A stretch of DNA of 64,000 bases from NCBI GenBank assembly GCA_038322815.1, contig JBBQGG010000007.1:1218-65217 (forward strand), written 5' to 3'. The stretch comes from Candidatus Kapaibacterium sp. Its GTDB lineage: Bacteria > Bacteroidota > Ignavibacteria > Palsa-1295. The notes beneath the pieces are model-generated. The model was given only the letters and a program-made list of their open reading frames with translations. It had not been told where the DNA came from and ran no database searches. Each line of letters starts with the position of its first letter. Position 1 is the first letter of the stretch. A program made the translations under genes and the position numbers. Below are positions 27,422 through 37,274 of this stretch, piece by piece.

Positions 27422-28537
27422 TTATTTTGCCGCGACCACTGTATTCGTCAGATCCCCTAAATGCTCGATCGAGCACGTTACTACATCACCGATACCAATC
27501 CAACGATTATCGAAAACTTTCGAGCCGTTAAGTTCTAAGAAACAGCCTGTTCCGACCGTTCCGGAGCCGATGACATCACCGGGATAGAGAGTCACGCCAT
27601 AGCTTGCACGTTCGATGAGCTGGGCAAACGTCCAGGTCATATCTTTTAAGTTGCCGCGCGAGACTTCTTCGTTGCCGATTCGGCAAGTCATTTCAAGGTC
27701 GTAACGATCGCCTTTAGGTCCGGGGATTAGGCGAGATTCAAGTTCATCTTTGGTGACAAGCCAGGGACCGATTGCCGTTGCAAAATCTTTTCCTTTAGCA
27801 GGTCCGAGAGAAAGCTTCATTTCTTCCATTTGCAAATAACGTGCGCTCCAATCATTCATGATCGTGTAGCCGAAAATATATTCATCGGCATTCTCTGCTT
27901 TGATATTGCGCCCTTCTTTGCCGATGACGATCGCTGCTTCAAGTTCGAAATCGAGTTTTTTCAAATGCTCAGGCATTACTTCCATCGGTCCCGGACCGAT
28001 GACAGCCTGATGATTTGTAAAATAGAAGACAGGGAAAAGATCGAACTCCGGGATCATCTCCACACCGCGGTTACGGCGCGCTGCCTCGACATGCTGACGA
28101 AAAGCATAGCCATCACGCATGGAGGTCGGGCGTGGGACGGGGGCGAAAAGTTTGCTGATCTCCGCTAACGACCAAGCAATTGTGAATCCGGTATTAAGCT
28201 CTTCAAGAGTCCGCTTCATGCACCAATCATAAACCTCTCTTGCAAGCTTCAATGAAGTTTCACCCAAAGCCAAAAAAGTCAGAATATCAGATGGAAGCGT
28301 CGGCCGTAATAATTGCTTATCATCGCTGCGCATGACAAACTTCATTGATGCGGCCTCTGCGTCAATAATATTTCCATTGATAAAGAAACCTAATCGCCCC
28401 ATCGGAGCCAACGGATGGTGAACATTTTTCTCGGTTGTACGAAAAAAAGCTTCCCCCATCTTGAGGGTCACCGTTTTTGTAAGGAATGTATTGGCAGTGT
28501 CTTGGGGAGCAGGCCCTTTGTATGTTACAAATTTCAT
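27422..28537 (-). CDS. fumarylacetoacetate hydrolase (FAH) family protein
   Basis: 371 aa. The C-terminal FAH domain pattern (GYTIMNDWSARYLQ...PGDVIGSGTVGTGCFLEL) with metal-binding acidic residues. Confidence 0.8.
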   Translation of the reverse strand: MKFVTYKGPAPQDTANTFLTKTVTLKMGEAFFRTTEKNVHHPLAPMGRLGFFINGNIIDAEAASMKFVMRSDDKQLLRPTLPSDILTFLALGETSLKLAREVYDWCMKRTLEELNTGFTIAWSLAEISKLFAPVPRPTSMRDGYAFRQHVEAARRNRGVEMIPEFDLFPVFYFTNHQAVIGPGPMEVMPEHLKKLDFELEAAIVIGKEGRNIKAENADEYIFGYTIMNDWSARYLQMEEMKLSLGPAKGKDFATAIGPWLVTKDELESRLIPGPKGDRYDLEMTCRIGNEEVSRGNLKDMTWTFAQLIERASYGVTLYPGDVIGSGTVGTGCFLELNGSKVFDNRWIGIGDVVTCSIEHLGDLTNTVVAAK

Positions 28538-28675
28538 AGTTCAAAATTAATAATAAACAGAAAATACTGATCGGGAATGTAACGTCAAAAGGAGAAAGGG
28601 AATTCAATATGGAACTCACATCGCAAATTCTACATTCTTCACTTAGATTTTACCATACATCAAACTTATTATTAT

Positions 28676-29059
28676 ATGAATCGTTTTACTTTTATATTTT
28701 CGCTGCTGTTGGTATTCACCGCATGTTCAAAAATGGATGATAAGCCTGCGCAAACCAATGATTCGTTGCTTTCCAAGAGAATGGATATTGATCCCCTTCC
28801 GGAAATTAAACCCAAGAAAGATACGGCAACCGGACTTCTCATAGATCAATCCAGCCTTCGTACTCCTGAGCATGAAGCAATACTTCAGCGTTTTAACGCT
28901 GTTGAAGTTGCCAGGATCTATCATACATTCAGAGAAATCCGTAAGCCCGGCATCACCGAAGATCAGATTAATAAATTTACTAAAGAGAAAAAGATTACCG
29001 TTGATGAGTTGAAAGCTATCCTCGAAGAAGGTGATAGACTCGGATGGGGAAAGAAGTAA
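28676..29059 (+). CDS. hypothetical lipoprotein
   Basis: Lipobox FTACS. No family recognised. Confidence 0.4.
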   Translation: MNRFTFIFSLLLVFTACSKMDDKPAQTNDSLLSKRMDIDPLPEIKPKKDTATGLLIDQSSLRTPEHEAILQRFNAVEVARIYHTFREIRKPGITEDQINKFTKEKKITVDELKAILEEGDRLGWGKK

Positions 29060-29127
29060 GAAAAGATGAATATGAAATATAAAAAAAATTATTTCTACTC
29101 TAATTCATAATTCATATTTTCAGTAAC

Positions 29128-30048
29128 ATGCCGAATCGGAAACGCCGAGGCTCTCTTTTCATTCTTGCTGCAGCCGTGTTTTGGAGCACGGGTGGATATT
29201 TCATCAAGTATATTTCTCTCGATGCTTTTGGTATTTCACTTTGGCGCTCGTCTCTTGCAGCAATTAGCCTCTATATATTTTACCGTATAAATTTTTCTAA
29301 AAAGACCTCCCACTCCGGACTTCGGACGCCTGAGTCTCGGAAAGATTGGTACTCGCTCCGCACTCTCTCGACTGCAGTGGTATATGCAGCACTTCTTGTT
29401 CTTTTTGTGATGGCAACAAAACTTACAACGAGTGCGAATGCCATATTTCTTCAATACACTGCCCCGGTTTATGTTTTATTTTTTGATCCTATTATCTCCA
29501 GAACAAAGCTCAAACTTGCCGACATCATTGCCGTAGTTATTACGATTGCAGCGATGGGTTTATTTTTTGTCGGGAAATTCGAAACATCTTCTGCGATCGG
29601 AAATATACTTGCGTTAATAAGCGGCGTTTGTTTTGCCGGTTATACATTACTTCTCAAGCATGAAAAGACAACGGAGGCAATGCGGTGGCAATCAGTAATA
29701 GTTGGGCATCTTATTATTGTAGTGGTAATGCTTATCCTCACTCTTACAGGCAATGCTGTTGCGATGCCGAAGAATATAGAAGAGGTTGGAATGCTATGCT
29801 TCTTAGGAGTAATGCAGATCGGCGTGCCGTATGCGCTTTTCACGAAAGGAATTCCGCATGTTCGTGCACTTGATGCATTACTCTTATCTATGTTGGAGCC
29901 TGTTCTTAATCCGGTTTGGGTATATTTTGGTATTCATGAAACTCCAAGTGAGTATGCGATGATCGGCGGCGCGATCATCTTAGCTGTTGTTATTGTTCGT
30001 ACATTTTACGAAGGGAGGAAGCCAACTATTTCAATTCCGATGTCTTAG
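29128..30048 (+). CDS. DMT superfamily (EamA-like) transporter
   Basis: 306 aa with 10 TM helices and a duplicated EamA-like arrangement. Confidence 0.7.
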   Translation: MPNRKRRGSLFILAAAVFWSTGGYFIKYISLDAFGISLWRSSLAAISLYIFYRINFSKKTSHSGLRTPESRKDWYSLRTLSTAVVYAALLVLFVMATKLTTSANAIFLQYTAPVYVLFFDPIISRTKLKLADIIAVVITIAAMGLFFVGKFETSSAIGNILALISGVCFAGYTLLLKHEKTTEAMRWQSVIVGHLIIVVVMLILTLTGNAVAMPKNIEEVGMLCFLGVMQIGVPYALFTKGIPHVRALDALLLSMLEPVLNPVWVYFGIHETPSEYAMIGGAIILAVVIVRTFYEGRKPTISIPMS

Positions 30049-30755
30049 TCCTCATCGCTCGAACTTACATTCTCGGGAACATGATGCTTCATCATCTTTG
30101 CCTCTACGATAAAAACAACATCTTCAGCGATATTCGTGGCGTGATCGGCAAGGCGCTCAACATGTCGCAGAAGAGCCATTGCATGAGCGGCAGGTTCGAT
30201 CTGAATAGGGTCGCGTTTCATTTCAACGATAAGTTTTTCGAATGCGTCACGCGCAAGATCGTCAACGGTATCGTCACGTTCGAAGAGCGAACGCGCTAAC
30301 TCCGCATCATTATTTATAAAGGCATCAAAAGCATCACGAAACATCGTCATGGCTTCCGAAAGCATCTGTGTTATTCCTACGCGCTCTAAGATGGCAGATG
30401 ATCCGCCTAAAGGCTGCACACGTTCGGCAAAATTCACTGCAATATCTCCGATGCGTTCGAACTCACTGTCGATACGCATAGCGGCAATGAGCATTCGTAA
30501 ATCAATAGCAACAGGCTGCGTTAACGCAAGAATACGCTGGCATAATCCATCGACCATCAGATCGTATTCATTTACTCTGGCTTCACGTTTCAAAACAAAA
30601 CGTGCCGCTTCCATATCGTTCTGAAGGACTGCACGCGAAGCAAGCTCAACCTGTTCATCGACAAGGGAGCCCATGCGAATAAGCAAAGCGCGGAGCTTTT
30701 CCAACTCATCCTCAAAATGACGGTGAACACGCGGAGTGTGTAATGCTGTTGTCAT
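30045..30755 (-). CDS. phoU: phosphate signalling complex protein PhoU
   Basis: Two PhoU repeats (HRHFEDELEKLRALLIRMGSLVDEQ... and a second E..D..ID repeat). The ORF extends to 30893; the MTTALHTPRV start at 30755 matches canonical PhoU length. Lies downstream of pstB. Confidence 0.8.
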   Translation of the reverse strand: MTTALHTPRVHRHFEDELEKLRALLIRMGSLVDEQVELASRAVLQNDMEAARFVLKREARVNEYDLMVDGLCQRILALTQPVAIDLRMLIAAMRIDSEFERIGDIAVNFAERVQPLGGSSAILERVGITQMLSEAMTMFRDAFDAFINNDAELARSLFERDDTVDDLARDAFEKLIVEMKRDPIQIEPAAHAMALLRHVERLADHATNIAEDVVFIVEAKMMKHHVPENVSSSDED

Positions 30756-30819
30756 AGGTTGCTCGCTGGTAACTTGTTTTGTATTTAAAAGTTTTGCCCG
30801 TAATGATTTCATATATTGC

Positions 30820-31668
30820 TTATCCGAATCTGCCGGTAATATAATCTTCAGTTTGCTTTTTTTTCGGATTGGTGAACATATCCCGGGTCTCACCGATTTC
30901 GATCAGTTCGCCGATATAAAAGAACGCCGTTATATCACTTACTCGCGCTGCTTGCTGCATGTTATGCGTAACGATAATGATCGTGTATTCTTTTTTAAGC
31001 TCGAATATAAGTTCTTCGATCTTCGCTGTCGAGATCGGATCGAGTGCACTTGCCGGTTCATCCATCAGAAGTACTTCCGGGTTTGTTGCAAGCGCTCTGG
31101 CTATACAAAGCCTTTGCTGTTGCCCTCCGGATAATCCCAGAGCTGAGTGATGCAGTCGATCTTTAATTTCATCCCATAATGCAGCACGGCGAAGACTTTC
31201 TTCAACGATCTCATTGAGTGTCGTTTTATTTTTTTCCCCCAAGATCTTCGGTCCGTAAGCAACATTTTCCCAATTCGATTTAGGAAAAGGATTTGACTTC
31301 TGAAATACCATGCCAACGCGTTTGCGAAGTTCGACAACATCGAGCTTCGGATCATAAATATTGACACCATCAAACAGTACTTCTCCGGTAATGGAACATC
31401 CGGGAATAGTATCATTCATGCGGTTCAACGTGCGCAGATAGGTTGATTTACCACATCCGGAAGGACCAATTAAAGCCGTTACCTGTTTGACAGGAATATC
31501 AAGAGACACATTTTTCAATGCTTGCTTTGTTCCATAGAACAGATCAAGATTCCGCGTTGAAACTTTTGTTTCGTAATGCAGTCCTGCAGTTTTGGGAGCA
31601 GAGCGAACAGCCGTTTTGATATTCGGTGAACCGGTTTCCTGATTTTTTTCCATTTCCATCGTTTCCAT
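30820..31668 (-). CDS. pstB: phosphate ABC transporter ATP-binding protein
   Basis: Walker [10 protein letters not shown], signature LSGGQQQRL, Walker B LLMDEP, and the PstB-specific C-terminus. Confidence 0.95.
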   Translation of the reverse strand: METMEMEKNQETGSPNIKTAVRSAPKTAGLHYETKVSTRNLDLFYGTKQALKNVSLDIPVKQVTALIGPSGCGKSTYLRTLNRMNDTIPGCSITGEVLFDGVNIYDPKLDVVELRKRVGMVFQKSNPFPKSNWENVAYGPKILGEKNKTTLNEIVEESLRRAALWDEIKDRLHHSALGLSGGQQQRLCIARALATNPEVLLMDEPASALDPISTAKIEELIFELKKEYTIIIVTHNMQQAARVSDITAFFYIGELIEIGETRDMFTNPKKKQTEDYITGRFG

Positions 31669-31676
31669 AAATCCTC

Positions 31677-32609
31677 TTACTTAAATTTGTTTCTCAGACG
31701 TGAGCGCAAGATAACTGCAGAAATATTCAGTGTAAAAGTCAATAAGAGCAGTACCATCGTCGTTGTGTACTGCAGAGGAATAGTCTTATCGACATTTGCC
31801 GATTGCGTAGATAGAACATAAATATGATATCCTAAGTGCATGAACTGGCTTGTCAGAGCATGGGGGATCTGCGGTAAGAAGAACGCTGCTCCTGTAAAGA
31901 GGATAGGAGCAACTTCACCGGCTCCGCGGCTGATCGCAAGTATCATACCTGTTAAAATACCCGAAAGAGAACCCGGAATAACGATCTTGCGGATCGTTTG
32001 CAAACGTGTGGCTCCTAAAGCAAGCGAGGCATCCTGAACCTCGCGCGGAACAGTGCGGATCGCTTCCTCAACCGAAACAATGACAACAGGCAATGTTAAA
32101 AGACCCATCGTCATCGAAGCCCATAAAATATTTGGCTGCCCCCAGACAAGTGAACCCGGAGTAAAAACATCATCCATTCCTTTACCGACAAACTGCACAA
32201 AAAATCCTAAACCGAATAATCCAAAGACAATCGATGGAATGCTGGCAAGTGTATTGACGGCGAAGCGAATTGTACGCGCAAATCCTGAATCAGGCTTTGC
32301 GTATTCGGATAGATAGATAGCCGTTACTGTTCCAAGAGGTACAGCCATGATCGACATAAGCATTGTCATGATCACGGTACCGAGGATTGCCGGAAATATT
32401 CCTCCGGCAGTCATTCCTTCTGTCGGATCCTGAGTTAAAAATTCCCAAGTGAAATTTTTATAGCCACCAATGATAATAGTAGTAATGATAACGACAACGA
32501 TGGTAATGATCACCAATGCAGCAAAGCCGCTGATGCCTACCGATATATTGCCATAAAGCTTGCGCTTTGCGCTTCCTTTACTCGTGCTTATGAATGCTGC
32601 TTGTTCCAT
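31677..32609 (-). CDS. pstA: phosphate ABC transporter permease PstA
   Basis: 6-TM permease with EAA-like loop. Operon position after pstC. Confidence 0.9.
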   Translation of the reverse strand: MEQAAFISTSKGSAKRKLYGNISVGISGFAALVIITIVVVIITTIIIGGYKNFTWEFLTQDPTEGMTAGGIFPAILGTVIMTMLMSIMAVPLGTVTAIYLSEYAKPDSGFARTIRFAVNTLASIPSIVFGLFGLGFFVQFVGKGMDDVFTPGSLVWGQPNILWASMTMGLLTLPVVIVSVEEAIRTVPREVQDASLALGATRLQTIRKIVIPGSLSGILTGMILAISRGAGEVAPILFTGAAFFLPQIPHALTSQFMHLGYHIYVLSTQSANVDKTIPLQYTTTMVLLLLTFTLNISAVILRSRLRNKFK

Positions 32610-34075
32610 TACAATCCCTGAAGCCTTCTCAATAATTTTTTACGCACATAGAATTCCACTATGGAATTTAGTGTAAAGGTAAAGATGAACAGCATTGATC
32701 CAATCAGAAACAATACGTTATAATGCTGATCACCGAAAACAACTTCTGCCATTTCTGCTCCGATCGTTGCTGCGAAAGTCCTTACGGGTTCTAAAATGTT
32801 TGCACTTGTCAGCGGAGCATTTCCTGTTGCCATCAATGCGATCATCGTCTCGCCAAACGCTCTTCCAAAGCCAAGAATGATCGCTGCAAATACTCCGGGT
32901 ACTGCTGCAGGCAACACAACTTTGAATGCCGTCTGCCACTTCGATGCACCGAGAGCGGTGCTGGCATCTCGAAGTGCTTGAGGCACAGCCGTCAATGCAT
33001 CTTCGGAGATAGTATAGATGATAGGAATAATGGCAAAGCTCATGGCAATACCTCCGACCAGAGAATTAAGACGGTATTCGTAATGAAAGAAATCCTGAAA
33101 GACCGTTGCCATGACAATCAGAGCAAAGAATCCGATCACGACGCTTGGAAAACCGGCTAATAATTCTATGACGGGCTTAACAATTTCACGCAGCCATTTG
33201 GGAGCAAACATGCTCGTAAATAATGCTGCTAAAATTGCCAGTGGTGCTCCGAAGAGCAACGAGATGAGCGTTACCTTCAGCGTGCCGATGATCAGCGGCA
33301 GCATCCCAAATTTTGGGACAGTCGAAACCGGCTGCCAGGTGTTACCGATAAGCATTTTGCCAAGATTCGCTGAAGATTTCCGTTCTTCTGCTTCACTCTT
33401 TTCCTTGATCGCAGCACTATCAGCTTCAGCTTTTTCCTTAATTATTGCAATGACTTCGGCTTGCGCATGGCTGGCGCTATCATTCGAAAGCTGCGCTATA
33501 GCAGCCTTAGCCTTTCGTATGGAATCTTGTTTTTCTTTTTCAGAGAGTACCGGAATCGCAGGAGCTTTTTTCGGAAGCTCTTTAATGGTGATAGGTTTTT
33601 TTTCAATTTTCTTTATAGTATCGGAAGGCTTCGAATCATCGGCGAACGGATCATATTCTTCCTGCTCGACCTTTCCGCCATTTGTAGTAACTTTTTTGCG
33701 GTTTCCTTTTTCGTCTATTTTAACAAGAACATCTGTACCTTTTAAAGCGCCTTTGCCTTTAATGACCTTTTCTACTTTTTCGTGAACGGTAGATGTAGAT
33801 GTATCGGCGACAGATTTTGATTGCGCGTTGATAACAGAAGCTAAGGAATCTTTAGCAGCAGTTTTTTCCGCTTCGCTTTTTCCGAAAAATATTGGAGAAG
33901 CTTCTTTAAATACGAAGATAAAGATCAGGATGATAGCAGCGAAAGAGAAAAAAGAAAGCGCACGAATACCGGACTCGATGAGCCATTCAAAAAATCGGAA
34001 TTTTTTTCCCAGCGTTAAAGGGGAGCGCTCGGTGGGTAGTTGCTGCATGGTGAGAAGTATGGTTTTCCTTAGCAA
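32609..34075 (-). CDS. pstC: phosphate ABC transporter permease PstC carrying a ~170-aa K/E/A-rich insertion between TM1 and TM2
   Basis: The C-terminal 300 aa are canonical PstC. Residues ~60-235 form a low-complexity charged segment (KEKAEADSAAIKEKSEAEERK...) that is absent from typical PstC. Confidence 0.85.
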   Translation of the reverse strand: MLRKTILLTMQQLPTERSPLTLGKKFRFFEWLIESGIRALSFFSFAAIILIFIFVFKEASPIFFGKSEAEKTAAKDSLASVINAQSKSVADTSTSTVHEKVEKVIKGKGALKGTDVLVKIDEKGNRKKVTTNGGKVEQEEYDPFADDSKPSDTIKKIEKKPITIKELPKKAPAIPVLSEKEKQDSIRKAKAAIAQLSNDSASHAQAEVIAIIKEKAEADSAAIKEKSEAEERKSSANLGKMLIGNTWQPVSTVPKFGMLPLIIGTLKVTLISLLFGAPLAILAALFTSMFAPKWLREIVKPVIELLAGFPSVVIGFFALIVMATVFQDFFHYEYRLNSLVGGIAMSFAIIPIIYTISEDALTAVPQALRDASTALGASKWQTAFKVVLPAAVPGVFAAIILGFGRAFGETMIALMATGNAPLTSANILEPVRTFAATIGAEMAEVVFGDQHYNVLFLIGSMLFIFTFTLNSIVEFYVRKKLLRRLQGL

Positions 34076-34143
34076 ACAATCCCAGAGAGCAGCGGATGGT
34101 TCCGCAAGCTCCCCGGGAATTCTCTTATGTCACTATCTACAAT

Positions 34144-34998
34144 CTATTTAACGGGAAAGAACCCCTCTTTTTCTACAACTTCCTGACCTTCAGATCCAAG
34201 AACCCATTTGATGAATTCTTTTGTATCGCCTGATGGTTTTTCACGAAGGTAGAAATAAAGGAAGCGGGTGATCGGGTATTCGCCGCTTGCAATATTTTCT
34301 CGATGTGGTAAATAGGCATTATCGCCGTCACCTTTTCTTATAGCAGTTTCTTTAACGCCCTTTGCATATCCTGCTCCGCCAAAACCTACTCCGTTCGGAT
34401 CGCGCTTTACTGCGTTAACAACAGCTGCTGTGCCGGGAAGAGCTTGCATGGAATTTGCATAATCTTCATTATTAAGTACGATCTCTTTTAAGAAGGCGTA
34501 CGTGCCTGAAGAATTTTCTCTTCCGTAAAGAATAATATCCGCATCATTTCCGCCGACATCTTTCCAGTTCTTGATCTTTCCTGTATAGATGCCTTTGATC
34601 TGAGCAAAGCTTAATTCTTTTACATTATTGGCTTCGTTGAGATAGATCGTAAGTCCGTCTTTAGCAGTGCGAACTTCGATACCTGTTGAACCGTAGCGCT
34701 CGCGAAGTTTCAGTTTCTCGGCATCTTTCATCGGGCGCGAAGCAGTGCATATATCCGTCGTGCCGTTAATAAGCGCACTGATCCCCGTTCCTGAACCCCC
34801 GCCGGTGACCTGAATATTCACTCCGCCTTCTTCTTTCATATATTTTTCAGCCCAGCGCTGAGCAAGCTGCACCATCGTATCCGATCCCTTGATCGTGATC
34901 GTTGTTGACGGAGCAAAGATGAAGCCGACAGCAATTGCAAAAAGTGCAATAGAGGCAGCAACGATTTTTATTTTATTCATTGACATTATTTTTTTCAT
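34144..34998 (-). CDS. pstS: phosphate ABC transporter substrate-binding protein PstS
   Basis: Signal peptide plus the PBP fold pattern (TGGGSGTGISAL...GAGYA). Confidence 0.9.
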   Translation of the reverse strand: MKKIMSMNKIKIVAASIALFAIAVGFIFAPSTTITIKGSDTMVQLAQRWAEKYMKEEGGVNIQVTGGGSGTGISALINGTTDICTASRPMKDAEKLKLRERYGSTGIEVRTAKDGLTIYLNEANNVKELSFAQIKGIYTGKIKNWKDVGGNDADIILYGRENSSGTYAFLKEIVLNNEDYANSMQALPGTAAVVNAVKRDPNGVGFGGAGYAKGVKETAIRKGDGDNAYLPHRENIASGEYPITRFLYFYLREKPSGDTKEFIKWVLGSEGQEVVEKEGFFPVK

Positions 34999-35023
34999 AA
35001 ATTATCCTTTCGTAAATAGCTAA

Positions 35024-36658
35024 TTAAAATTTGACCTGCATACGGAACGTGAAGCGGTCATCATGTGCATCTTTGACAAGCTGAGCTGCCTGCTGTGCTG
35101 CCGGTAATGATGAAGTTGCAGGGTCAACACGTGTGAAATCTTCAGTCATCGGATGGTCCCAGTCAAACATGATCCTCATAGCGCCTGATATGAAAACATT
35201 CAGATCGACTGAGATCGTATTGAGCGCAAGATCTCCGCCTAAATTTGTGTTTGCGTTTATGCCTTTGAGCTTTGTAAGGCTGCCCGTAGCACCGGTTACA
35301 AAATCAGTACCTTTTACAAGGGTGTTAGGATCGTACGTTTCAAATCGTCCGGCGATCTGGAACATATCCGATAAATTCTGTACGAGCATAATATACATAC
35401 CGGATACTTTTTTGTAGACCGTCGAAGCGATCGGATCGCCGATTGCCGTAAAATCCGAAGTTGAGAAAAGATTAGCCGATCCATAGAATGGAGTTTGGCC
35501 GTTATATAATTCGAATTTTAAGATCGTACCGCCCATGGGAAGAACGGAAAGATATGCCTGAGCATCTACGCCAAGGATATGGCGATTTGTTTCCATAAAC
35601 ACATGGTTTTGTGTGCTGAACGAATGACCGCCGAATGAACCGGTATTTGCAAGGACAAGTGCGCCGTTTGTACCTGTATAGGTTCCGATCACACTTGATG
35701 GCTCTGTAATACCGCCAAGATCATACGAAGCTCCAACATCAAAACTGAATTCATCGCTCAATAAGAAGGGCAGACGGAAATGTCCGATGAATTCTTTGGC
35801 GGGCTGGCCGAGAGGAGTTCCTGTGGTTCCTCCGGGCAATCCGCCCTGAGTAGTGAGAAATAGAGCAGTTTCTTTTGAAACAGCACTGTTAACTTTTAAT
35901 TGAAACAACGAGTCTGCGCCTTTCGGTGAATATGGTGCTACACCTGCAGCTGAACCGAAATTTCCGATCGGTACAAATGTAAAGCCCATCTTATTATTAG
36001 CTCCCGGAGCAGCTCCCGAAGGACCTGTTCCGAAATTATCTGTTCCGTTAAAAATACCAAGTTCAAAAAGTGGTTTAATACTTCCGATAGTCGGAGTAAC
36101 GTTAAATTGTAATCCGAGATCGCGTTCTCCATTGAAAAAATTATTTTCAAACTTGGTGCGCTCAGTTACTTCACGTGCGCTCGATGAATATCCGATTTCG
36201 TAACCGAACGGACGGTTCATTGCACCTAAGCTGATACCAAGAAGATTGCTGCCTCCGCTATGGAGTGCATTCCATGTAGCAAAAACTTCCTTTATCACGA
36301 CGCCATTCTCAGTAATATCCGGATAAAGAAGGTAGCTGACATCACCGGTAGTATAGACAAATTTCACACGGCCGCGGCGAATCTGGAAATAATTTCTGCT
36401 GTTGGCTTGGTTTGATAATAAAGAATCGCCGTCATTCCAAACCCATTGCGGTTGAACATATCCGCTGATCTTGAGCTTTGCCATGTTTGCCACGGTGCTT
36501 TCAAGTGTTGAAGTACGTTCTTCGAGTCCATCCACTTTGCCTTTTAAGGCAGCGGCATCATCAGCGGTTTGAGAAAAACCGGCGATGGGTTTGAAAGAGA
36601 CAACAAAAAGAATGACTGTAAGCAGTCCGAGAGAAAAACGATTAACTGGGGTCTTCAT
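35024..36658 (-). CDS. outer-membrane porin, likely phosphate-selective (OprO/OprP-like), first gene of the pst operon
   Basis: Signal peptide, N-terminal coiled-coil segment (ALKGKVDGLEERTSTLESTV), beta-rich remainder ending in aromatic F. Sits immediately upstream of pstS. Confidence 0.6.
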   Translation of the reverse strand: MKTPVNRFSLGLLTVILFVVSFKPIAGFSQTADDAAALKGKVDGLEERTSTLESTVANMAKLKISGYVQPQWVWNDGDSLLSNQANSRNYFQIRRGRVKFVYTTGDVSYLLYPDITENGVVIKEVFATWNALHSGGSNLLGISLGAMNRPFGYEIGYSSSAREVTERTKFENNFFNGERDLGLQFNVTPTIGSIKPLFELGIFNGTDNFGTGPSGAAPGANNKMGFTFVPIGNFGSAAGVAPYSPKGADSLFQLKVNSAVSKETALFLTTQGGLPGGTTGTPLGQPAKEFIGHFRLPFLLSDEFSFDVGASYDLGGITEPSSVIGTYTGTNGALVLANTGSFGGHSFSTQNHVFMETNRHILGVDAQAYLSVLPMGGTILKFELYNGQTPFYGSANLFSTSDFTAIGDPIASTVYKKVSGMYIMLVQNLSDMFQIAGRFETYDPNTLVKGTDFVTGATGSLTKLKGINANTNLGGDLALNTISVDLNVFISGAMRIMFDWDHPMTEDFTRVDPATSSLPAAQQAAQLVKDAHDDRFTFRMQVKF

Positions 36659-36790
36659 AGAGTATTTTGATTATTTTATATTATGGTAATGAATATTTAT
36701 AGGCAAATATACGAGCGGCACATTTCCTTACTGTTACCCCAATATTATCAAATTATTAACAAGACCCTTTTTTCCGAAACGGGCGTTTTT

Positions 36791-37210
36791 TTAACGAATT
36801 GCAATAGGTGAGACCGCTTTATTATCGGAAAGGATCGTCATTGTATTAATTTCCTGGACCATTACCGATTTTTGCGTATGATTGAGTAAGTCGTATCCGG
36901 ACCACATTTTGCCCATTCCGAGCAGTTCATTATCACCGTTTATCTTCACCGTTTGAAGATAGAACCGGTATTTTTCTCCATACACCGTCACGATTTCGAT
37001 CTTCGTTTTTGGATTGACTGCCAGGCGGTAGATACTTCCGTTTCCATCAACGACCGGAATGCTTGAGATCATAGAACCGCTATATCCCCAATGGACTGAA
37101 TCAGCAAATCGTTTTCTTTCGGATTCATCAGGCAAACGGTAGGTATAGAGCGTTTGGCAGGCAGTAAATAAGAGTAGGGAAATTATCCCATAGAGAAGTG
37201 GTGTTTTCAT
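36791..37210 (-). CDS. hypothetical lipoprotein
   Basis: Lipobox LFTACQ. No family recognised. Confidence 0.4.
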   Translation of the reverse strand: MKTPLLYGIISLLLFTACQTLYTYRLPDESERKRFADSVHWGYSGSMISSIPVVDGNGSIYRLAVNPKTKIEIVTVYGEKYRFYLQTVKINGDNELLGMGKMWSGYDLLNHTQKSVMVQEINTMTILSDNKAVSPIAIR

Positions 37211-37274
37211 CGGCTTTTATATTTGATATACCATAAAGAAAACTACTGAGGGCAAAGTTCCTTTTTACCAAGAA

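Noticed and set aside
30756-30893. N-terminal 46-aa extension of the phoU ORF
   Set aside because: Canonical PhoU begins near MTTALHTPRVHRHFEDELEKL. The extension has no counterpart in the PhoU family.
33111-33785. Plus-strand 224-aa and 94-aa ORFs (33111..33785, 33461..33745) opposite pstC
   Set aside because: Created by the low-complexity K/E/A-rich insert of pstC. Ser/Phe-rich antisense translation.
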